From: Pseudomonas phage vB_PaeM_GXNNA8 | Sequence record: PV400810.1 | Length of the DNA stretch: 64,000 nucleotides | Reading direction: 5' to 3' (one strand) | Part shown: piece after piece, positions 57,535 through 64,000 of the stretch | Numbering within the stretch: position 1 is the stretch's first letter | How the letters are laid out: every line of letters begins with the position of its first letter | Notes under the pieces: model-generated | Seen by the model: only the letters and a program-made list of their open reading frames with translations | The model's database searches: none | What the model was told of the DNA's origin: nothing | Made by a program: the position numbers and the translations under genes

Positions 57535-60357
57535 ATGTTAGGACTGTTTTCAGTTAAGATCAAACAAACGGGAGACTACGTACACATTACGGGTGTGTCC
57601 TATTACGATTTAGCCAAAGACATTGAGAAGTTCTACAGCACTTCTCTCTTAACGAAACATCAGATTCGACGCGAATCCTGGGACACCATTAAGGTGCATA
57701 ACTTCTTCCTGGTAGAATTGCACCACATTGTGGGGGAACTCCTCAAAATACGGAACCTTCGTACCCGCAGACGAGCGTTGAGTGAACTGAAGGAACTCAT
57801 TGAAACCGAGACCTGGATTAAAGATACGGTTAATCCGGGAGGTAAACCTTTTGATCTTAAGAAACTGAATCAATTTAATACGGTTCCTTTTCCTCAGCAG
57901 TTGGACTTCCTTCAGCAATACCCGATCATTGTGAACAGTTATCACTTGAAAGGGATGCTGCTGGATGCTAAACCAGGTTCAGGGAAAGCCATGCCACTCT
58001 CAACTCGGGTTAAGGTCCCGAATGGGTGGAAAGCCTTGGGTGACCTAAAGGTCAAGGATATCGTAGTGACCCCTGGAGGCGATACCGCGTGTGTGGAGAG
58101 TATTTACCCCCAGGGGATCACGGAAGTTTATCGCTTCTATTTCGAAGACGGTAGAACGGCTGACTCTCATCCGTATCATTTGTGGAAAACCACGGTGAAT
58201 GGGATCGATGAAATCTTAACCACGTTGGAAGTACTCCATAAAGCCCGTAAAGAGGATGTGTACTTCCCCTTAGTGGGTGAGATCAATGGATGCAACCCCC
58301 ATTGCGATACGTCTTCTGAAGTCGCTGCAAGGGAGCTGGTCAATACCGACGTTGTAATAGGGGACAACGTATTGGAGCTCCCGTATCGGGATCGCTTTAA
58401 TATAGTCACATCGGTGATTGAACACGTGGGGTGTTTAATCAGTGAATCCGTCTTATCCGCGTATCACGAGAACCGGATTGGGATGGAGAACTTCCGTCGG
58501 TTGATGTGGTCCATTGGAGGAACAGCTACGGAGCCGGTGTTGGTTAACGGTTTGTATAAGGTTGACTTTAAGCACCGAGACGTCGGCAAGATGATGACTG
58601 GGTTAATTGGAGACAATCCCCGTATTCAAGGAATGTATAACTTCTCCCAGTATGAAGACCTGCAACTGAAGCTGGCGTACTGGGAGAAAGTGGAGAATCA
58701 AGAGACTTGCTGCATTGCCTTGGATAATGACGAGAAGCTGTATGTGGTGGATGACTACATCGTGACCCACAATACCTTTACGTCCTTGGCGTGGTCTCAA
58801 TTGATCAATACGGCTCCGACGGTTGTCTTTTGCCCTATGAACATTGTGGATAAAGTCTGGGTAGAACAACCCCTCCAGCACTTTAAGGTTCCACCCCGTA
58901 TCTGGACCAGTATCAGCGGTAAGGTCTTAGAAGAAGGGTATGACTTCTACATCGTCCATTACGATTACATGACCAGTGGTATGGGGAAATACTTGGAGAA
59001 CTTCCTCATTACGCTGAGTAAGAAGCATAAAGGCGCTTTGAAGATGATTCTGGATGAATCCCAGAACTTCAATGACCCTAAAGCAGCCCGTACACGGAAG
59101 TTGATCGAATGGTGCGACATGGAACTGTTCGGGCATCACCTTCCGATGTCCGGGACCCCGCTAAAGGCTCAGGGGAGTGAGATCTTCCCAACGACCTGTA
59201 TGATCGATCCCTACTTCGATAAGAAGGCTCGGGAGTTCTTTATGGCGTCCTATGGTCGTAACCGTCCCTCGTTAATGGATTTACTGAGCCGACGTATCGG
59301 ACGTATGAAGTTTACGATCCCTGAACTGGTGGGATTGGGTGATCCTCCTCCTATGGAACTGGTTAAGGTGAAGATCCCGAATTCAGATCAATACACCTTG
59401 GATGCTATTCGCCTCCAAATGCAGATTTACATTGGAGAACGGATTGCGTTCTATACGAAGCATATGCCGAGCTTCCTGGAATTCTACAACGATGTTCTGA
59501 CGTCGTATGAATTGTCTATCCAGGGGAATGCTAAAGCGGTTGAGAATCTGGTGAAGTACAAACAGATTGTTCACCGGTTCAGAACCCGGGGGTACAACAG
59601 TTTTACGGATAACCAAGACAGTCAGTTCTGTAAGCGGGTGGAAGAAGACATCGAGAAGGGCCTTAAAGGGACCGCCCTGAAGGATTTCAGGAACATTAAG
59701 TCCGCGGTTAAGTACTTGGGTCTAAAACTGCGTGGAGAGGCCTTAGGGAACGTTTTAGGACGAGCCCGTATTAACGCTATTAAGGACACCATTGCGCACG
59801 CAGGACTCCCTGAGCTCATCGATAACGTGGAGAAGAAGACCCTGATCTTTACCTCCTACGTGGATGCCCTTAAACTCTGTGAGGAATACCTCACGAAGGT
59901 CGGGTATCCGAATGTGACAGTATACGGTGAAAACAGCGCCGAACGAGACGCCAATATCAAACGCTTTGAGAAAGACCCCACTCTCCGTGCGTTGATTGCG
60001 ATCTTTGATTCCCTGAAGGAAGGGTATCCCTTGATTATGGCGAACCTGACCATTCTGTTGAATGCGCCTTTCCGAGAGTATGAAGTGAAACAGGTCCAAG
60101 CCCGTACCTGGCGTACCGGTCAGGATGCTCCCTGTTACTTTAAACTCTTGGATATGGACACCGGGGATAAACTCAACATTATGACCCGCAGTATTAACAT
60201 CATGGAATGGTCTAAGGAACAAGTGGACATTCTCATGAGTAAAGAACAGGGTCATGAGTTGTTGGGTAATATCACCGGCCAAGAAATGTTTGATATGGGG
60301 GATGAACCTGAAACCCATTCTCTGTATACCTCCCGGAGTGTTCTTTCACTCTTTTAA
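57535..60357 (+). CDS. SNF2/DEAD-like superfamily II helicase, intein-containing precursor (940 aa)
   Basis: Walker A KPGSGK-[intein]-T; motif II ILDESQNF; motif III LPMSGTPL; C-terminal helicase motifs LIFTSY, LIMANLT, QVQARTWRTGQDAP. Confidence 0.8.
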   Translation: MLGLFSVKIKQTGDYVHITGVSYYDLAKDIEKFYSTSLLTKHQIRRESWDTIKVHNFFLVELHHIVGELLKIRNLRTRRRALSELKELIETETWIKDTVNPGGKPFDLKKLNQFNTVPFPQQLDFLQQYPIIVNSYHLKGMLLDAKPGSGKAMPLSTRVKVPNGWKALGDLKVKDIVVTPGGDTACVESIYPQGITEVYRFYFEDGRTADSHPYHLWKTTVNGIDEILTTLEVLHKARKEDVYFPLVGEINGCNPHCDTSSEVAARELVNTDVVIGDNVLELPYRDRFNIVTSVIEHVGCLISESVLSAYHENRIGMENFRRLMWSIGGTATEPVLVNGLYKVDFKHRDVGKMMTGLIGDNPRIQGMYNFSQYEDLQLKLAYWEKVENQETCCIALDNDEKLYVVDDYIVTHNTFTSLAWSQLINTAPTVVFCPMNIVDKVWVEQPLQHFKVPPRIWTSISGKVLEEGYDFYIVHYDYMTSGMGKYLENFLITLSKKHKGALKMILDESQNFNDPKAARTRKLIEWCDMELFGHHLPMSGTPLKAQGSEIFPTTCMIDPYFDKKAREFFMASYGRNRPSLMDLLSRRIGRMKFTIPELVGLGDPPPMELVKVKIPNSDQYTLDAIRLQMQIYIGERIAFYTKHMPSFLEFYNDVLTSYELSIQGNAKAVENLVKYKQIVHRFRTRGYNSFTDNQDSQFCKRVEEDIEKGLKGTALKDFRNIKSAVKYLGLKLRGEALGNVLGRARINAIKDTIAHAGLPELIDNVEKKTLIFTSYVDALKLCEEYLTKVGYPNVTVYGENSAERDANIKRFEKDPTLRALIAIFDSLKEGYPLIMANLTILLNAPFREYEVKQVQARTWRTGQDAPCYFKLLDMDTGDKLNIMTRSINIMEWSKEQVDILMSKEQGHELLGNITGQEMFDMGDEPETHSLYTSRSVLSLF
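57988..58773 (+). mobile_element. intein (262 aa) in the helicase P-loop (GK|T), probable class 3 (Ala1, WCT-type), paralogous to the TerL intein
   Basis: AMPLSTRVKVPNGWKALGDLKVKDIVV (block A with Ala1), HPYHLW (block B Trp), QETCCIALD (block F Cys), DDYIVTHN|T (block G). Confidence 0.7.
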
Positions 60358-60374
60358 CCCTTAAGGAACAGATA

Positions 60375-61430
60375 ATGAATCAGCAAGCTGATACGGTTGA
60401 ATACGAAGACGAACTGATGGACGGTGTTCCAGAAATGGAACATATTGAGCAAGTACTCGATGGTCTTTCGGATACGGTCATGGGAACTGAAGGAATGGAC
60501 CTGACCGCGAATCAGCGTTACCTTCAGTCCGTTCTCCATACCGCGGGTTACCTGACCCGTAATGAAGTGGCGGGGAATGAGGGGTTCCTGTCGTCGATTG
60601 GCGAAGGGATTAAGAAAGCCTGGGAATACATCAAGAACCTGTTCAAGTCGATCTTCGGAAGTCTTTTCAAGAAGAACGTTAAAGACAAACTAGATAAGGT
60701 AGATGAATCCGCTAAGGCCGCTGAAAAGGCGATAGACGCCGTAGCGAATCCTAAGGTGACAACGACCAACGTAGGACCTGTTCTCCAAGAAGCCACCCAG
60801 ATCGCCAACAAGATCGAGGACCAAAGCGCTAAGGAGACCGTAGTTAAGAAACTTGACGACATTAAAGCCCTTCCGGTGGAACACCAACCTGAACAGACCA
60901 AGAAGGTGATCGAGGAAGTCTTTGAGTCCAGAATCATTTACAGCAGTCTAATGCGTAACCAGGTCACCAAACTGGAAGCCGCGGTGGCTCGTTTGAATGA
61001 GCGTAAAGCGAAGTACCAGAAACTGGCAGATGAAGGTGAGGATTCTGGCGTAGCGGACGGCATGGTTATTGGTATCCAGCAATACGTGAATGGACTTATC
61101 GGCCTGCCTAAAGTGACAACGATCAAAGACCTCAATTCCGCTAAGGAATTTGTCCGCAAAATCGGTCGTTGTGAAGAAGCAATGTCCAACAGTTGGGTGA
61201 GCATCTTTGAGACCCGCCGAGTACTGGAGAGCAAGATTGCCAAGGTGGAAGGTCAAATCAACCACTACAGTAACGACACCGATAAGGAAGCCCTCAATAA
61301 GCAACTCGATGAGCTGAAAGGACTGCTGAGTGGGGTGGTCGAGGTGGATAAGATCACCGAGACGGTGGCAGCTACGATGATCGGCATCACCGAACTGGTC
61401 AGATCGTCGTGTGTTACCAAAGTGAAGTAA
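60375..61430 (+). CDS. hypothetical coiled-coil-rich protein (351 aa)
   Basis: RBS AAGGAA; followed by a terminator. Confidence 0.5.
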   Translation: MNQQADTVEYEDELMDGVPEMEHIEQVLDGLSDTVMGTEGMDLTANQRYLQSVLHTAGYLTRNEVAGNEGFLSSIGEGIKKAWEYIKNLFKSIFGSLFKKNVKDKLDKVDESAKAAEKAIDAVANPKVTTTNVGPVLQEATQIANKIEDQSAKETVVKKLDDIKALPVEHQPEQTKKVIEEVFESRIIYSSLMRNQVTKLEAAVARLNERKAKYQKLADEGEDSGVADGMVIGIQQYVNGLIGLPKVTTIKDLNSAKEFVRKIGRCEEAMSNSWVSIFETRRVLESKIAKVEGQINHYSNDTDKEALNKQLDELKGLLSGVVEVDKITETVAATMIGITELVRSSCVTKVK

Positions 61431-61448
61431 ACAAAAATAAAGAGATTA

Positions 61449-61482
61449 ACCCCTACCCAGCCGAAAAGGGCTGGGTAGGGGT
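61449..61482. terminator. bidirectional hairpin terminator
   Basis: 14-bp stem acccctacccagcc/ggctgggtaggggt with loop gaaaag. Confidence 0.5.
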
Positions 61483-61493
61483 ATACAACGCTT

Positions 61494-61694
61494 TTAATCG
61501 AAAGAGACCGGTTGGGGGATCAGGTCTTCTTTCTCAGGTCGAAAGGGTTCTGCGTAACCCACCGAGTTTTCACCGGGGAGGGTGAGTGTCCACAACATGG
61601 GCTCATCGTCGGGCCCTATCCCCGCAAACCCGATTTTGTTCTGCAAAGGAACACTGGGTTTCTTTTCCTTATCCGAGTTCTCGAAACGAGTCAT
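61494..61694 (-). CDS. small hypothetical protein (66 aa), immediately downstream of the Arc-like gene
   Basis: ATG at 61694 with GGGAGA 9 nt upstream; the ORF-finder GTG start at 61736 overlaps the upstream gene. Confidence 0.35.
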   Translation of the reverse strand: MTRFENSDKEKKPSVPLQNKIGFAGIGPDDEPMLWTLTLPGENSVGYAEPFRPEKEDLIPQPVSFD

Positions 61695-61695
61695 A

Positions 61696-62043
61696 TCAAA
61701 CAATCTCCCATAACGAATAAATATCCTCTCCCTCACAGGTTTTTGCCCGGATCTTTAATCCAGTCGGTGTCGGTATCAATTCAGTCACCACACCTGGGAG
61801 CCCTTCAACCCGAACAGGGTCACCTACCGATGGAATAGTCCTTATTTGGGTTCCACCTGTGTTCCCACTGGCTATCGCAGCCTGTATGAGCATGATAAAT
61901 TCAGCATTCATACTCCGCCCATTGGCCGTTGCGCGTTCGCTAACCTTATCGCGTAGCTCAACTGGCATCCATAATACAAACTTATCGGCCGTTCGACTGT
62001 TACCTTTCAGAACACCTTTCATCGCTTTCTTGACTTGACTCAT
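61696..62043 (-). CDS. Arc/MetJ-type ribbon-helix-helix DNA-binding regulator (N-terminal RHH plus C-terminal extension)
   Basis: FVLWMPVELRDKVSERATANGRSMNAEFIMLI aligns with Arc repressor FNLRWPREVLDLVRKVAEENGRSVNSEIYQRV; AAGGA before the second ATG (62043). Confidence 0.6.
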   Translation of the reverse strand: MSQVKKAMKGVLKGNSRTADKFVLWMPVELRDKVSERATANGRSMNAEFIMLIQAAIASGNTGGTQIRTIPSVGDPVRVEGLPGVVTELIPTPTGLKIRAKTCEGEDIYSLWEIV

Positions 62044-62097
62044 AGATAACATCCTTTGTGTTTATTCGGTCTTAAAAATAGGAAGGCAACCACGCCT

Positions 62098-62135
62098 TAA
62101 TATACACAAAGGTAATATAGACCTGATTACAACTA
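62098..62135 (-). promoter_or_regulatory. early-promoter-like motif (minus strand AGTTGTAATCAGGTCTATATTACCTTTGTG)
   Basis: exact TATATTAC core; about 60 nt upstream of the Arc-like gene. Confidence 0.5.
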
Positions 62136-62386
62136 GAAGTTAATTACCCTTAGTTCCATTGACTTAGCCATGCGTTCGTCAAGTGTTCTTATAATCGGTG
62201 TCCTTACTCAGTAAGCGTTTGATGAGTAACCAGAATTTACGAAGACCCCTTACTTTTATTCTTTTGAACTGCACACGTTCCATCTTTATTTCCACAGGAC
62301 CGTTGTTAGTGTCAGGCATTACTTTGCTCGTTGTGTTGAGTGAACTATAAAAATGGAAATGAAGCAAAAGATAAAATACTGATCAA

Positions 62387-62408
62387 CCCTCACCCCTAGG
62401 GGTGAGGG
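62387..62408 (-). terminator. rho-independent terminator downstream of 62420..62848
   Basis: ccctcacccc ta ggggtgaggg hairpin followed by a T-rich run on the minus strand. Confidence 0.5.
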
Positions 62409-62419
62409 CTAACCAATAC

Positions 62420-62848
62420 TCAGAACCGACTGCGTTCGATCTCTTCTGCCGACAAACCGTCGTAGAAGTGGTCGAGCGTGTACTGTTCGCCGACCTGCAC
62501 GCCATTTTCCCACGTCATCAAGATGCGTGCACGATGTGTGACGCCGACCCGGTTAGGTACATCACCCAGACCACCGAGTTCGGACAGCGCTTTACCCAAG
62601 ACTTTGATGTCAGCCTTTTCGAATGGGTAAACAGTGATCTCCGCGATCGCGTACTGCATGGTCAACGGGAGGTCATCGAGGAACTCGGGAATTTCTTCCC
62701 CCTCGGCTTGCTCGACGATGGTCAGACCCAGTTGCTTGGCGCGCCAGTCCTGGGTTACAGCACGAACCCCAGCGACTTCAACGATTACCAGAGGGCCGAA
62801 GTTCATTTCGAAACCACCAGCGCCCTTACGGATAACATCTCTTTTCAT
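62420..62848 (-). CDS. hypothetical protein (142 aa), GC-richer
   Basis: ORF with high GC3. Confidence 0.45.
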   Translation of the reverse strand: MKRDVIRKGAGGFEMNFGPLVIVEVAGVRAVTQDWRAKQLGLTIVEQAEGEEIPEFLDDLPLTMQYAIAEITVYPFEKADIKVLGKALSELGGLGDVPNRVGVTHRARILMTWENGVQVGEQYTLDHFYDGLSAEEIERSRF

Positions 62849-62916
62849 AACGATCCCCCAGATAAGTTGGACTTGAGTGTCGTGATTACCACCGCGTAGA
62901 CTGGTGTTTTGGTGAG

Positions 62917-63351
62917 CTATTGGGTGACGACTTCTTCAGCCAGGTCCACAGGTTCACCGAAGGCCGGTGCGGTTTCGTCGGTGTAGTCGAAGATGCGTAC
63001 ATGCATCAGTTGACCACCCGACAACGCCCACTCGGATTGCTCCTTGTTGTAGGCTTGGATCGCTTCTTCCAGCCCACCGTGTTGGTGGGTGAAGATGGTA
63101 CCACCGACCGACCAGCTGGAGAGGGTCACCGAACCATCGGCTTCCTTGTGCAGCGAGTTCAGGCAGAAGTAGGAACCATGGCACAGCAGCACCGGGGTAA
63201 CCCTTTCGCCCTTCACCAGTGCGGCGATACCAGCAGCACGATAAGGTCCACGGCTACCACCGTGGGTGTCGATCACATAACCGTTGTTGGCTTTAACAGC
63301 TTCCAGGACGGCGTTGTAGTTGGCGATGGTGAAGTTCGATTGTTTAGCCAT
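62917..63351 (-). CDS. hypothetical protein (144 aa), GC-richer
   Basis: ORF; RBS AGAGG; promoter-like motif 35 nt upstream. Confidence 0.45.
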   Translation of the reverse strand: MAKQSNFTIANYNAVLEAVKANNGYVIDTHGGSRGPYRAAGIAALVKGERVTPVLLCHGSYFCLNSLHKEADGSVTLSSWSVGGTIFTHQHGGLEEAIQAYNKEQSEWALSGGQLMHVRIFDYTDETAPAFGEPVDLAEEVVTQ

Positions 63352-63384
63352 GGTGTAAACCTCTAAAAAGGAATGAATGTTGTG

Positions 63385-63421
63385 TACCTAATCACCCAAG
63401 TAATATAGACTTGATTACCAC
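63385..63421 (-). promoter_or_regulatory. early-promoter-like motif (minus strand AGTGGTAATCAAGTCTATATTACTTGGGTG)
   Basis: exact TATATTAC core; near-identical over about 30 nt to the copy at 62098-62135. Confidence 0.5.
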
Positions 63422-63437
63422 TGGACGTTAAATGTCC

Positions 63438-63668
63438 TTAGATACACTGACTCAACGCAATGGTCTTGGTGTAAATTTCAATCCTGACATCCAACAGGAA
63501 GAGTTTAGCTTGTTCATACGCCAAGACCGTATCCGCTGAAGCGATCTCCTGAAGCGCGCGGTTCTGAATGACGTACAGTGCTTCGATTTCACGATGAAGC
63601 ACTGAGAACTGACTCGAACACTTATTCTTCGAGTCCCGCCAGTCGAACATATCGATAACATTGCTCAT
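63438..63668 (-). CDS. small hypothetical protein (76 aa)
   Basis: RBS AGAGGTG before the ATG. Confidence 0.4.
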   Translation of the reverse strand: MSNVIDMFDWRDSKNKCSSQFSVLHREIEALYVIQNRALQEIASADTVLAYEQAKLFLLDVRIEIYTKTIALSQCI

Positions 63669-63705
63669 CTTACACCTCTGTGTGGGGGAAGGGGGTAAAC
63701 ACCAA

Positions 63706-63879
63706 TCACAGTTGGCGTTGAAGGCGATCTGCCATACGGCTTGCTTCGTAGCTCAGTTGACGGTAATGTTGCCGGTAAGACGGTTCTAGGGAACACATCG
63801 CCTGACGGGCATAACGACGAGCTTTTTGACGCAGGGTTTCAACACGCTGAGCTAACCCCTGTTTGGCCTGATGGGTATT
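63706..63879 (-). CDS. small basic protein (57 aa; internal ATG at 63879 preferred over the GTG at 63927)
   Basis: AAGGAG 9 nt before the ATG at 63879; the GTG start would sit inside the promoter-like motif. Confidence 0.35.
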   Translation of the reverse strand, partial: NTHQAKQGLAQRVETLRQKARRYARQAMCSLEPSYRQHYRQLSYEASRMADRLQRQL

Positions 63880-63923
63880 CATTGACAAGGCTCCTTGACC
63901 GTTAAACGGTCTCTGTCTGTGCT

Positions 63924-63950
63924 TCACCCTAATGATGTAGGTTTGAAAAG
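63924..63950 (-). promoter_or_regulatory. promoter-like motif variant (minus strand CTTTTCAAACCTACATCATTAGGGTG)
   Basis: TACATCATT subfamily; about 45 nt upstream of the 63879 ATG. Confidence 0.3.
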
Positions 63951-64000
63951 AACCTCAAGTTAAATAACCAGGTAAGTGAAGAATATGGGTTTGGGTACTA

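Noticed and set aside
62157-62195. Sigma70-like TTGACT ... TATAAT on the plus strand in the AT-rich spacer upstream of the Arc-like gene
   Set aside because: The spacing between the hexamers is about 25 nt, far from the 17 +/- 1 optimum. No plus-strand gene follows. More likely chance in AT-rich DNA.
62179-62367. 62-aa minus-strand ORF in the AT-rich spacer between terminator and promoter motif
   Set aside because: Low-complexity translation, no RBS, and it sits between a terminator and a promoter, a poor context for expression; treated as non-coding spacer.
1-64000. Search for CRISPR arrays, tRNA/rRNA genes, integrase or att sites
   Set aside because: No spaced direct repeats, no cloverleaf-compatible segments in intergenic regions, no tyrosine/serine recombinase motifs seen by eye. 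Intergenic space is almost entirely accounted for by terminator hairpins and promoter-like motifs.

Overview
This 64 kb window is a densely coded stretch of a large (jumbo) dsDNA phage genome resembling the phiKZ-like group. It has no rRNA, tRNA or CRISPR. About 60 CDSs sit on both strands in blocks, with many ATGA/stop-start overlaps, and the blocks are separated by strong GC-rich hairpin terminators. Recognisable products:
- **Terminase large subunit:** interrupted by an intein in its Walker A P-loop.
- **SNF2-family helicase:** carries a paralogous intein at the equivalent P-loop position.
- **Split multisubunit RNA polymerase:** a beta-prime N-terminal fragment is followed by a beta N-terminal fragment. 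The beta-prime fragment gene is itself split, exactly inside the catalytic NADFDGD motif, by a 1.8 kb group I intron. The intron carries an HNH homing endonuclease ORF and shows canonical R (GUUCAACGACUA) and S (AAGAUAUAGUC) core elements.
- **Endolysin:** two peptidoglycan-binding repeats plus a lytic transglycosylase domain (phiKZ gp144-like).
- **Giant virion protein:** a 2543-aa ORF with a Gly-rich hydrophobic tape-measure-like segment and two C-terminal cell-wall hydrolase domains (GH19-like muramidase and M15 peptidase).
- **Others:** thymidylate kinase, a PP-loop ATPase-like protein, a RecA/UvsX-like recombinase with a degenerate P-loop, and an Arc-type ribbon-helix-helix regulator.
- **Hypothetical proteins:** many, including a 722-aa ORF with strong codon bias that is a candidate major capsid protein.

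Seven copies of a conserved promoter-like motif (core TATATTAC / TACATCATT family, all reading on the minus strand) lie 30 to 100 nt upstream of minus-strand gene starts. They resemble phiKZ-type early promoters. Most product calls rest on motif-level recognition by eye and should be confirmed by profile searches.
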